From assembly GCA_048882325.1 (NCBI GenBank), contig JBHLRS010000003.1, forward strand, positions 146,379-177,532: a DNA stretch of 31,154 nt, written 5' to 3'. The DNA comes from Candidatus Thorarchaeota archaeon (GTDB taxonomy: Archaea; Asgardarchaeota; Thorarchaeia; Thorarchaeales; Thorarchaeaceae). Positions 16,730-26,090 of the stretch are shown one piece after another. Under the pieces are notes generated by a model. It was not told the origin of the DNA and made no database searches. It worked only from the letters and a program-made list of their open reading frames with translations. The translations under genes and the position numbers were made by a program. The number at the start of each line of letters is the position of its first letter. Position 1 is the first letter of the stretch.

Positions 16730-17443
16730 TTAGGCAAGGCTGATATAGCCGCTTTTTGGCTCAAAGATCTCACCCTTTTGCATCAACTTTTCCAGTGATG
16801 ACTCCACTGATTTCTCTGAGATGCCCTGCCCTCTGAATGTGGAAACTATATCAACGACCTTAATCATCTTCTCAGAGCCCTGAAGAAGTGTTAGAATCTC
16901 AACTGTGACATCCTTGCTAGTGGTTTCTTTCACTTCGGATAAATCATCAGACACCACGAGTTGGACAGACCAGGGTCTGGGAAAGACCAATGTGCCACTA
17001 TTCGAAAGACCCTCAAGCTGTTCCTCTACCCATTTCCAGTCTAGCTCATATTCTGGACACAATTCCTCTATCCTGTCAAGTGAACACGAAGCAGTCTTTG
17101 CCTCCTTGTGCAGGAGCTTCATCAATCGTTTTCTCTTTCCGGGCGGTCTCTCTATATCCTCGTTTGAAGAGATATCCTCCGCACTCACTCGCTGTTTCGG
17201 GAGCAATGCAAGTATTCGTTCTCTTGATCTCTCAACAGCCCTCTCAAACTCATCCCCACCACGAGATGCGTTGAATTCCTTCACCGCTGAAGACGCCATT
17301 TCAGGCGTGTCAAAAAGTGCCGATGCTGCCTTTGAGATATCTATGATTGATCCACAATAGCTACATCGTCTATGTTTTTGTCCAACAGGTGCGTTGGTGA
17401 AGTTGTGACACTTGGAGCACATGAACACAAGAAATTGTTTCAA
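16730..17443 (-). CDS. Zn-ribbon (DUF1922-like) protein with tandem C-terminal winged-helix domains
   Basis: N-terminal CSKC...CSYCG; LEGLSNSGTLVFPRPW and LEKLMQKGEIFEPKSGYI winged-helix ends. Confidence 0.65.
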   Translation of the reverse strand: MKQFLVFMCSKCHNFTNAPVGQKHRRCSYCGSIIDISKAASALFDTPEMASSAVKEFNASRGGDEFERAVERSRERILALLPKQRVSAEDISSNEDIERPPGKRKRLMKLLHKEAKTASCSLDRIEELCPEYELDWKWVEEQLEGLSNSGTLVFPRPWSVQLVVSDDLSEVKETTSKDVTVEILTLLQGSEKMIKVVDIVSTFRGQGISEKSVESSLEKLMQKGEIFEPKSGYISLA

Positions 17444-17560
17444 TCGTTCTACACCTACACTACAAGGTCCTGATACACAGTATATAATGCCTGCTCTCTT
17501 GGTTCAGATGAATATGGTTATATCCCCCTGAGCATGCGGGTGAAATCGGAGGCCCAGAAC

Positions 17561-17785
17561 ATGGCTAAAAAGGCTAAAGCAATAGTTATCGATCCCAAAC
17601 TTTGCAAGGGCTGCCATATCTGTATCTCCGTCTGTCCACATGGTGTCCTGAAGAAATCAGAAGTTGTAGATAACCGTGGGTTCTTTCTTCCCAGAGTCAT
17701 TGACCTAGAAGCCTGCAAGGTCTGTAAGCTATGTGAGTTGGAGTGTCCGGACTTTGCCATCTCAGTAGCTGCGATTGATGAGTAG
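17561..17785 (+). CDS. 2x[4Fe-4S] ferredoxin (KorD/VorC-like)
   Basis: CKGCHICISVCP and CKVCKLCELECPDFAI. Confidence 0.92.
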   Translation: MAKKAKAIVIDPKLCKGCHICISVCPHGVLKKSEVVDNRGFFLPRVIDLEACKVCKLCELECPDFAISVAAIDE

Positions 17786-17900
17786 TCTGTTTACTCACAA
17801 TAACCGAGAGAATCAATATTCTACGAGTTCTAATAATACAATCAACCATATAGTGTTGGACGTTTCTTCAGAGTGTCCGCTTGATATGTTGGTGTATGTT

Positions 17901-18458
17901 GTGTCAAATCCAGATATCCGTGTGCTGCTTGAATTGAGAACCCAACTGGGTGAAGAGCTGGATCGACTCAGGGAGCGAGTTGAGCAACTGGAGGAATTCA
18001 TTCAGGCGTTGGATTCACAAATTGGTCAGGGCAGCTTTGCCACCGCTGACGTAGCAATGGAAACTGCTGTAAGAACTCCTATTGTCACTCCAGCAGAAAC
18101 TGGAGAGCCACGAAGCCTTGTGGTCCTGAACAAACCTGGTGACTTAGAACTGGCAACTATCGAGGTTATCGAACAGACTCTCCGCATAATTCCTGCCGAC
18201 CATGCCGTATACAACATTACACGTGGCGCATTTGCGAGGTTCTTTGTTCAGGATATACTGGGGAAATTCCAACAGGAAGACAGACTTCGAGTCGAGAGTG
18301 GTGAGATTGAGTGGGAAGACACCTTTGACTTTGAGGTCAAATCAGATGACAAGATACTCGATGAGATTGTAATCAAAAACTATGGTGAGGAGTCCAGACT
18401 AGAGGAGATTCAACGAACTCTTCGATGGACTTTAGAAAAAATATACCGTGCAAGGTAG
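17901..18458 (+). CDS. Conserved-looking hypothetical protein with N-terminal coiled coil (start uncertain; ATG 17886 is an alternative)
   Basis: Heptad segment LRTQLGEELDRLRERVEQLEEFIQALD. The GSF..A, IVIKNY and WTLEKI motifs resemble a TACK-archaeal hypothetical family as I recall it. Confidence 0.75.
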   Translation: MSNPDIRVLLELRTQLGEELDRLRERVEQLEEFIQALDSQIGQGSFATADVAMETAVRTPIVTPAETGEPRSLVVLNKPGDLELATIEVIEQTLRIIPADHAVYNITRGAFARFFVQDILGKFQQEDRLRVESGEIEWEDTFDFEVKSDDKILDEIVIKNYGEESRLEEIQRTLRWTLEKIYRAR

Positions 18459-18573
18459 CAACGCGCCAAAACAGCCGACCTCTGTTTCTATTGCAAAAGA
18501 GTCATATACTCTGAACGAGTTTCTGCTCGCTAAGCGACGCTTTGTTCATGGATAGTTTTTTGGAGCGGAGGCA

Positions 18574-19188
18574 ATGGTCACACACTTTGACAATGAACAC
18601 TTGGCCGTGAGTCCACAGATAATCGTCAAAGTAGTCAGGGATGCTCATGAGTTTTTCAAGGAGAACAAAGTGGATGAGCGCTATGAGAACATGGCACTCG
18701 ATCTTATACGACGGTTTGTTTCCAAAGAGGGTGTCCCTCGAGAGGTTGACCCATTTTTTGGGGCCGCACTGTATATGGTGACACGCCATCCATGGAGTCA
18801 CCCAAACCCCCTAACAAAGACTGAGTTTGCAAACAAGCTTAGGATGAAAGAATCAAGCTTGGAGTGGTACACCGAAAGCATTGCTGATAAACTTGGGTTC
18901 ACGACACTTCATGATAATGCACATCTTCCGTTCTTCATGGATCCTAAGGGGATTATCGCTAGTGTTATTGACTCTGTTGTTGGTGCGAGTGTTGGTGAGG
19001 TTGTTGTGCGCGGCATAGTCGCAGGCAGCCCTCCCTCATATTCAAATCTAGCAGACAGTATTGTTGATAGACTTTGCAACGTTGTGAAAATAGTACCAAG
19101 TATCTTCGAACAGGACCTCCACAATCTTGTTCGGCGTAAGATAGAGGAAGAGAGTAAGAAACTTACTGATCAAATCTCTGGAAAGTAA
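18574..19188 (+). CDS. Hypothetical protein with one TFIIB/cyclin-like helical repeat
   Basis: GAALYMVTRH...PLTKTEFANKLRMKESSLEWYTESIADKLG resembles the TFB repeat; GGAGG RBS. Confidence 0.6.
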   Translation: MVTHFDNEHLAVSPQIIVKVVRDAHEFFKENKVDERYENMALDLIRRFVSKEGVPREVDPFFGAALYMVTRHPWSHPNPLTKTEFANKLRMKESSLEWYTESIADKLGFTTLHDNAHLPFFMDPKGIIASVIDSVVGASVGEVVVRGIVAGSPPSYSNLADSIVDRLCNVVKIVPSIFEQDLHNLVRRKIEEESKKLTDQISGK

Positions 19189-19196
19189 TTTGTATT

Positions 19197-19508
19197 TTAG
19201 GAGTTCTCTGGTTGAAGAGTCACCTCTTCAACAAATCGTTTTCCAGCAACAACTTGATCTATTGAGTGAATGACAGCTCCAGCTTGCTCCAAAATCTCTT
19301 TGATTGAGTCATAGCTTAGATCATCGCCCTCCAGTGTTATAGTTATACTCTCAGTATTCTGGTCTACTTCTTTCAGTGAGATGTTCAGCCCATTGACTCT
19401 CTCATCACGTGAGAGCATCAAAGCCAAATCAGTAAGACGAGGGCTGTGAGGTTTCAGCACATCAAGAACTATTCTTCGTATGCCATGAGGCAATAATTCA
19501 TTCCCCAT
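19197..19508 (-). CDS. DUF211 family protein
   Basis: IRRIVLDVLKPH.P and GAVIHSIDQVVAG signatures. Confidence 0.88.
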   Translation of the reverse strand: MGNELLPHGIRRIVLDVLKPHSPRLTDLALMLSRDERVNGLNISLKEVDQNTESITITLEGDDLSYDSIKEILEQAGAVIHSIDQVVAGKRFVEEVTLQPENS

Positions 19509-19832
19509 TCATGACCCGTAGGTCGTATTCTTCCTGCGTGTCATTCCGGCAAGTCCAGTTAAACCTTACTACGTGGGAAGCGCGCCATCTGAGATAGTGG
19601 TTTCCTTGCTTTTGTGTCACTCCACGCAAGCTGAAGAAAATCCTGTAGCAGCTCCCCAATGCTTATATCAACTATAAGGAAGTTCTATGAAGAGCCTACT
19701 CTTGTGTAGGTCTCGCCGGGAAACTAAGGTTGGGACGCCGCCTTGAAGCAAGAGAGACTGACAAGACAAACAAAGGACACTCTACCTGACTCAAAACAGA
19801 GGACAAGAAAGTCCAACAAAGAATCAGGTCGT

Positions 19833-20051
19833 ATGATTGACATCAACGTAGCAGATTTCAAAGGGCATCCATTGTATTCACTCCTCATTGAAACTGCAAA
19901 AAGCAATCCACTCTTTGCTGGGAATGCAGGATATGCTCAGAACTATATTTTGCCAAAAAACCCGAACATCACCGCACGAGAATTGGCAAGTAAACTCTCA
20001 ATCACTCTTGGAGAGGCTTTGGCAATTCTAGATGGACGCGACTCTGACTAG
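19833..20051 (+). CDS. Small hypothetical protein with HTH-like C-terminus (72 aa)
   Basis: NPNITARELASKLSITLGEA; ATG 19833 preceded by AGGT. Confidence 0.6.
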   Translation: MIDINVADFKGHPLYSLLIETAKSNPLFAGNAGYAQNYILPKNPNITARELASKLSITLGEALAILDGRDSD

Positions 20052-20120
20052 TCACGTTTGGGTACACACATCTGCACTTTTATGCAACGTCAGTCCGATG
20101 AAGGTTGGATTGATATTCCG

Positions 20121-20415
20121 ATGAGTGAGGACAGAGGATTCCGTGACGCTCAGTATGCCCAAGCGATTGCAAAGGGAATAATTACCCCTAGCCAGGGGCG
20201 GGAGATCAGGATTGTTCATGTCTGCGGAACTCACGAGGATACAATCAGTAGATATTCTGCCTGGTTGCAGATGCCATGAGGTCATTCTTGGTATGATCGA
20301 CCCGCTGGACTGCTCACTCTTTGGGAAACGATGCATTCCTGAAAACCCATATGGCCCCTGTATGGTGGGTCATGAGGGGACGTGTTGAATTAGGCATGAG
20401 TATTCAATGGACTAG
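20121..20415 (+). pseudogene. hypD: hypD (hydrogenase maturation) remnant: N-terminus joined out of frame to C-terminus, with a premature stop
   Basis: 20121-20256 encodes MSEDRGFRD...EIRIVHVCGTHEDTISRY. From 20260 another frame gives PGCRCHEVILGMIDPLDCSLFGKRCIPENPYGPCMVGHEGTC*IRHEYSMD*. Confidence 0.88.
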
Positions 20416-21041
20416 CTCTTAGGTTTCTTCGAAATCTTTCTTTCTGCAAGCTTGAGATCCTTGTGTGTGTTGAAGTTGACAAAGGTGTCTAAATCTGGAT
20501 CGAACTGCTTGAGGGTGTCTGTGGAAACGAAAAGGACATTCTGAAGAGCATCTAGCATGTTGCTCATCTTATGCTGTCGACTCTCCATGACTTTGAGACC
20601 GTGATAGTACGCATGCTCAGCCAAGTAGACTGAATGAAGAGGCTCTATATATCCAGAAGGCCAAGATGGTACAACCGCACCGTGTCCAGAACTCATCCTT
20701 ATTAATACCCTGAGAAGGTCGACATTTGCAAGGGGTGAGTCGACAGGAAGAAGCAATGTGTATGATGTGTCCGTGTACTCGAATGCTGTCAAGGCTCCAA
20801 CCAATGCACACTTGATATCACTTGGTGGATCTACAACCAATTGCACATCCTTGACTATATCACGAATAGATGCCTTCTGCTTCTCATCTGATACGACCAC
20901 GAGGATATCTGATGATAACCTGCGAGCGACTTCAATCATATGTATGATGAGAGGTTTCCCTTTAAACTCTGCAAGCGCCTTTTCTGAACCAAATCTTTTG
21001 GATGATCCACCTGCTAAAATTGCCACGGTTATTTCCTCCAT
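20412..21041 (-). CDS. mobA: Molybdenum cofactor guanylyltransferase
   Basis: ILAGGSSKRFGSEKA, PVDSP, EPLHSVY, FVNFNT. Confidence 0.92.
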   Translation of the reverse strand: MEEITVAILAGGSSKRFGSEKALAEFKGKPLIIHMIEVARRLSSDILVVVSDEKQKASIRDIVKDVQLVVDPPSDIKCALVGALTAFEYTDTSYTLLLPVDSPLANVDLLRVLIRMSSGHGAVVPSWPSGYIEPLHSVYLAEHAYYHGLKVMESRQHKMSNMLDALQNVLFVSTDTLKQFDPDLDTFVNFNTHKDLKLAERKISKKPKS

Positions 21042-21096
21042 TGGTTCAGTCTCCTACTACAAATCCTCTTCATGCACCGAGAGAACCCCGAGCCAT

Positions 21097-21993
21097 TTAC
21101 GGACTCGATGCTTCCGCTTCTTCAGTGGTTTTTTCAACCTTGGGCAAGTCAATCTTGACTCGATGTTCAGCAAGTAGGAGGTCGACCTCTGGGAGGTCCA
21201 TCGCTACAGCTAGTAATTCCGTATAGTAGAAGACAGGAAACTTGAATTCTGTACCAAAGTTTTTGTTCGTCATTCGCTGTCCTGACTCAAATGATATGAA
21301 GCACGTGGGGCAGAAGACAACAATCGCATCTGGATTGACCATTGCAATACTAGTCATCTTCTCACGAAGTACAGCATACGATGTTTTCGAGTCTGCCTTT
21401 CTAACACCCGCACCACAACACATGGTCTTATCCATATAATCCAGTGACTCCATTCCTATTGCTTCGCACAGGTGATCCAGTTTCACAGGTACTTCTGCAC
21501 TGTCAACATGAAGTACTCTCTCTGGTCTCAGAAGGTGACATCCAGAATGCGTGACCACTTTGATGGGAATGGGTCGAACGACCTTAGAGGAGATTGTTTC
21601 CACACCAATCTCATCATACAATACTTGGTGCATATGAACTATCGATGAGGTTCCCTTATACTCAAGTCCAAGACTCTTTAGAATATCATTTGTTTTCTCC
21701 TTTCTCTTAGGCTTTTCATCAAGCTCGTGTTTAGCGAGAGAGAGTGATTCATGGCACCCTGCACAAGCTGTCAAAATATCTAAACCTTCAGCTTCTGCAA
21801 GAGCAATGTTTCTTGCAGCGAAGGTCAACCATGTGTCATCTGACATAGCACGTACAGCATTTGGTTCAGGACAACAAGTGAACGCCAAATCCACAAGCTC
21901 GATATCAAATTTTGGAGCTACCATCCTAACTGACTTCTCTGCAAACTGAAGGCGGTAAGCCATCGTACAGCCTGGGAAGAACGCATACTTCAT
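21097..21993 (-). CDS. hdrB: Heterodisulfide reductase subunit B
   Basis: FFPGC, TCCP, TACAGC, HSGCH, CCGAG, CPTC (two CCG domains). Confidence 0.94.
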   Translation of the reverse strand: MKYAFFPGCTMAYRLQFAEKSVRMVAPKFDIELVDLAFTCCPEPNAVRAMSDDTWLTFAARNIALAEAEGLDILTACAGCHESLSLAKHELDEKPKRKEKTNDILKSLGLEYKGTSSIVHMHQVLYDEIGVETISSKVVRPIPIKVVTHSGCHLLRPERVLHVDSAEVPVKLDHLCEAIGMESLDYMDKTMCCGAGVRKADSKTSYAVLREKMTSIAMVNPDAIVVFCPTCFISFESGQRMTNKNFGTEFKFPVFYYTELLAVAMDLPEVDLLLAEHRVKIDLPKVEKTTEEAEASSP

Positions 21994-22496
21994 TCGGACG
22001 CTTCCTCCAGTGCTGCTTTGTTTATTTCAAGAACCTCAGCAGCTCCTGTTGCCTCAAACAGCTTCCGGACCTCTGCTGGATCTGGTCGAGGTAAATCTGG
22101 TAGACCTAGCTCAGCTCGCTTCTTCTCAGACCTACTTGATATCGGTGATAGACAACCGTCATCCACTAGGGTTTCTGCAGTTTGGACGAAATCTGGCGGA
22201 GCCCGCCCTTCCCTTGCAGCGATGTTCTTGATGCCCAAGAGAATCTCTGCCAACGACACTCCCATTGGACACCTCTGGTCACACATTAAACAATATGCAC
22301 AGAGCCATTCCTTGCCCTCTTCATTGACTTCTCCACTTGTGATGAATGCATCCACCGCCACCCTTGGATTCATCTCAGGTGCGACTCTGAAAACTGGACA
22401 CGATGATGCACATATCCCACACTGAAAACAGGGTCGTGCTGCTTCCCTGAGCTCTTCCAGCTCACTCTTTCTGTTCTCATCAGCATTGTCAGTCAT
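21990..22496 (-). CDS. hdrC: Heterodisulfide reductase subunit C
   Basis: CFQCGICASSCP and WLCAYCLMCDQRCPMGV; lies between hdrA and hdrB. Confidence 0.93.
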   Translation of the reverse strand: MTDNADENRKSELEELREAARPCFQCGICASSCPVFRVAPEMNPRVAVDAFITSGEVNEEGKEWLCAYCLMCDQRCPMGVSLAEILLGIKNIAAREGRAPPDFVQTAETLVDDGCLSPISSRSEKKRAELGLPDLPRPDPAEVRKLFEATGAAEVLEINKAALEEASE

Positions 22497-25048
22497 TTCT
22501 TGCTCGATGCCTTCTTCTTTTTACTAGCACTCTTCTTAGTGGTGCTGCCCTTTGGTTTGGACTTGGCCTTGGTCTTTGGCTTTGCCTTCTGTGTCTTTGA
22601 TTTTGCTTTAGGTTTGTCTTTTGCTGTAGTTTTCTTGGGGGTTGGGATACTTTCCTTGTGTTTCTCAACGACCTCCGACATTTCGCTCATGATAGTCTGC
22701 CACTTCTTTCCCTCTCCTGCCGAGACCCACTCAACCCTGAATCGGTCATCTGAGATGTTGTTTCTCTTCATCCATCCTCGTATTCTCGGTTCTCGTTTTG
22801 CCATCCAATGGTTGCCAGTTTGAAAGTGGCAGTCAGCAGGGAGATGACACCCTGAATACAAGACTGCACCAGCTCCTAGCTCAAAGGCCTTCTGTGCGAA
22901 TCTTGTTGAGTATCTCCCTGAACACATCGATCGAATAACTCGAGCATTTGGAGGGTACTGCATCCTTGAAACGCCTGCTAGGTCTGAGCCACGATAGGAA
23001 CAAAACGCGCATGCAAATGCAACAATCTTGTCCTCTGGGTTCTCTCTCAGAGCAATTCCAATCTGCGCCTCTATTTGTTCACTTGTGAAGTTGGGCATAT
23101 AGATTGCATCCTTTGGACAGTCACCAGCACATGTACCGCATGCTTGACAAAGTGCACCCATGACTGTGAACTTGCCTGTTCCATCCTGAGATATCGCCCC
23201 ATAGGGGCAACGACTTACACACGTCCCACATCTGTTGCACAAGTCCTGCATTATCTTGGCACTCAGAGCTTCAATTGGATATCTTCCCTTCTGAAGTATG
23301 ATGGCCGCACGACCTGCTGCTGCGCTTGCCTGAATCACTGAGTCACGAATGTCCTTGGGACTCTCTGCTCCACCACAGATGAAAACACCAGCAGATGATG
23401 TATCAACTGGTCTAAGTTTTGGGTGTGACTCGATATAGAATGAGTCTTCGGTGCATGATATTGGAAGTGGGAAGTTACCTGATCTGCCCTCTGCTCCCAT
23501 GGAAAGAATGACCATCTCATAGTCAACCATCAAGAGTTTGTTGTGTGTGGTGTCTTCGACACTAACTCGGAGATTCTTTGTATCAGGATATTGCTGAATC
23601 TCACCGACTCTACCTCTGACAAACTTCACACCCTCTTCACGAGCCTTGAGATACTGGTCTTCAAAGTACTTACCATGCATCCTCAGGTCTTGATAGTAGA
23701 TAGTCACCTCTGTATCTGGATAGTGTTCTTTGACAAGAAGAGCGCACTTCACTGACTCTGCACAGCAGAAGTTGGAGCATGCTATTCGGGTGTCTTTGCT
23801 TCGTGATCCCACGCATTGCGCAATTGCAACTGACTTAGGTTTGACAAGGTCCGAAGGTCGAACCAGGCTTCCCTCAGTTGGTCCTGCTGCATTGATGAGC
23901 CGTTCAAATTCGAGTGTTGTGATGACGTTTGGATAACGTCCCCACCCAAGACGGGGCTCTTTATTGGGGTCAGCTGGGTTAAATCCCGTGGCAAGAATGA
24001 TCACACCGGCCGGGAAGTCTATGAATTTGTCCCTATCCGAGGGTACAATGGCTTTCTGTTCACACCTGTCAATACACTTTCCACATCGAATCAAGTCCAT
24101 TCCAAGACATGTTTCAGGATCGATGAAATAGGATGAAGGTACTGCTTGTGGAAATGGGATTTGAATCGCCTTCTGCCACGTAAGACTCTGGTCTGTCCTA
24201 CTCGGAACATCCACTGGGCAGACCTCAACACAATCGCCACATGATGTGCATGTGTCTATATCGACATATCTTGCGCGCTGCTTCACTCTCACATCGAAGT
24301 TTCCAACATAACCCGAGATGCTCTCAACTTCGGCCATTGTAATGAGATTGATGTTCGGATGCTTGGCCACATCGACCATCTTTGGTCCGAGAATACAGAT
24401 ACTGCAGTCATTTTGAGGGAACACTTTGTCAAGAATGGCCATGATGCCACCTATTGTTGGCTCCTTCTCCACTAGATGGACCTTGAAGCCTGCATCTGCC
24501 AAGTCAAGAGCTGCTTGCATTCCCGCAACCCCTGCTCCCACGACTAACGCTGCCTGAGTCACCGGCACATCGAGTTCAGGCTGTGCCTCAAGTGTAGCTG
24601 CCTTAGCAACCGACATAGCAACTAGGTCCTTTGCCTTCTGTGTTGCCGCAACCGGGTCATGTTGATGGACCCACGAAACATGCTCTCTGACATTTGCCAT
24701 GATACAAAGGTAGGGATTGAGACCTGCTTCCCTCACAGTCTTTCTGAATGTGTCTTCATGCATAGTTGGACTACAAGAAACTACAACAACCCTGTTCAAT
24801 CCATGTTCCTTGATTGCTTCCTGAATTTCCCTTTGTCCAGGATCGGCACAGGTATATGTGTTGACTTGAACAAAAACCACACCAGGAAGTGACTTTGAGT
24901 ATTCTGCAAGGTCATCTACATTTACAACTGCACCAATATTTTTTCCACACTTACAGGGGAACACACCTATGCGCAGTTCAGGATCTGTTGAAACAACTTC
25001 CACTTCTGATGTTTCTGAGCTGCTCTCTTTTGGGTCACTTGTGGTCAT
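22493..25048 (-). CDS. hdrA: Heterodisulfide reductase subunit A fused to MvhD, with Lys-rich tail
   Basis: CKCG.NI, SCSP..HE.TF, GAGVAG FAD motif, DCSICIL, QCVGSR, CSNFCC, ferredoxin motifs. C-terminal CAFCSY..D, MCSGR, GCH..DCHF, WVSAGEG match MvhD. Confidence 0.95.
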   Translation of the reverse strand: MTTSDPKESSSETSEVEVVSTDPELRIGVFPCKCGKNIGAVVNVDDLAEYSKSLPGVVFVQVNTYTCADPGQREIQEAIKEHGLNRVVVVSCSPTMHEDTFRKTVREAGLNPYLCIMANVREHVSWVHQHDPVAATQKAKDLVAMSVAKAATLEAQPELDVPVTQAALVVGAGVAGMQAALDLADAGFKVHLVEKEPTIGGIMAILDKVFPQNDCSICILGPKMVDVAKHPNINLITMAEVESISGYVGNFDVRVKQRARYVDIDTCTSCGDCVEVCPVDVPSRTDQSLTWQKAIQIPFPQAVPSSYFIDPETCLGMDLIRCGKCIDRCEQKAIVPSDRDKFIDFPAGVIILATGFNPADPNKEPRLGWGRYPNVITTLEFERLINAAGPTEGSLVRPSDLVKPKSVAIAQCVGSRSKDTRIACSNFCCAESVKCALLVKEHYPDTEVTIYYQDLRMHGKYFEDQYLKAREEGVKFVRGRVGEIQQYPDTKNLRVSVEDTTHNKLLMVDYEMVILSMGAEGRSGNFPLPISCTEDSFYIESHPKLRPVDTSSAGVFICGGAESPKDIRDSVIQASAAAGRAAIILQKGRYPIEALSAKIMQDLCNRCGTCVSRCPYGAISQDGTGKFTVMGALCQACGTCAGDCPKDAIYMPNFTSEQIEAQIGIALRENPEDKIVAFACAFCSYRGSDLAGVSRMQYPPNARVIRSMCSGRYSTRFAQKAFELGAGAVLYSGCHLPADCHFQTGNHWMAKREPRIRGWMKRNNISDDRFRVEWVSAGEGKKWQTIMSEMSEVVEKHKESIPTPKKTTAKDKPKAKSKTQKAKPKTKAKSKPKGSTTKKSASKKKKASSKK

Positions 25049-25265
25049 TTGACTGTCCTCGTTCTGCAGAACGTACCTTGGCAGCTTCTTCCTATTTCAG
25101 TAATAAAGGTTGAGAATAATTGCACGATTTGCCTCAGAATATTTCAGATTCTATTAACAAGTTCACTTGACGCATCAAAACAGTCCATATGCTCAATGGG
25201 TTGGAATCACCAAAAGCGTAAAAAGCCCGGTACCATGGGGAGCTATTACTTTTGGAGGCCTCATA

Positions 25266-26039
25266 ATGGTCGGTAAGGTCTGGAAGTACATTACTGAAAA
25301 GTTGGAGTCTGATGGAGCATGTCACTTCTCCCTGCTCGACCCCGACCCGCTGTCCACATCAATCGAAAATGTGATTGAGATTGCTACATTGGCTGAGAAG
25401 TCTGGGAGTGATGCTCTTATGATCGGAGGGAGCACAATCTTTGGGGTCATCGATGATGCAGTTGCAAAAATTGGCGAAGCTGTAGAGATACCAACCATTC
25501 TGTTTCCTGGAAACATCACTGGAGTATCTGAGCATGCTGATGCGATGTTCTTCATGACTCTTCTAAACAGTACAAATCCATATTATATCATTGGCGCCCA
25601 GGCACTCGCTGCACCAAAGGTCAAACTAACCGGGATTGAAACGATTCCTATGGCATACCTAATTGTTGCTCCAGGAAAGACAGCATCATGGGTGGGTGAC
25701 GCAAAACCATTCTTGAGAGACAAGCCAAAACTACCAGCAATGTATGCCATAGCGGCTGAGCTTCTCGGGATGAAACTAGTCTATCTTGAGGCTGGCAGCG
25801 GAGCAGAGGGTGGTGGAGTTCCCCCGGAGATGATTAGTACTGTTTCCAGATTCATTGATATTCCACTGATTACTGGCGGTGGTTTCAATGACGAGAAATC
25901 AGTAGTCACCGCTGTTGAGGCTGGCGCCTCTATTGTTGTTCAGGGTACTTATTTGGAAAAACATGTTCAGAAAGATGGAGGCGAAGGACTGGCAAAGATA
26001 GTCCAAGCCCTCAAGAAAGCTGGCGCCAAGAGAGTTTAA
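25266..26039 (+). CDS. Geranylgeranylglyceryl phosphate synthase (group II)
   Basis: HFSLLDPD, IGGST, LFPG, YLEAGSGA, GGG motifs; ATG 25266 with GGAGG. Confidence 0.94.
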   Translation: MVGKVWKYITEKLESDGACHFSLLDPDPLSTSIENVIEIATLAEKSGSDALMIGGSTIFGVIDDAVAKIGEAVEIPTILFPGNITGVSEHADAMFFMTLLNSTNPYYIIGAQALAAPKVKLTGIETIPMAYLIVAPGKTASWVGDAKPFLRDKPKLPAMYAIAAELLGMKLVYLEAGSGAEGGGVPPEMISTVSRFIDIPLITGGGFNDEKSVVTAVEAGASIVVQGTYLEKHVQKDGGEGLAKIVQALKKAGAKRV

Positions 26040-26090
26040 ATACTTGACAATCTATTTGCACGAAAGACGCCATTGGAGGCTTGCTGTACC

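Noticed and set aside
19685-19730. Hammerhead ribozyme (UGAAGAG...GAAAC)
   Set aside because: It lacks the CUGA core and GAAA is not adjacent to stem II.
20386-20388. In-frame TGA in the hypD remnant as selenocysteine
   Set aside because: It follows the conserved Cys rather than replacing it, the gene is already deleted and frameshifted, and no SECIS is evident. A nonsense mutation is simpler.
22493-25048. HdrA/MvhD as selenoproteins, as in some archaea
   Set aside because: The ORF is uninterrupted and the relevant motifs contain Cys.
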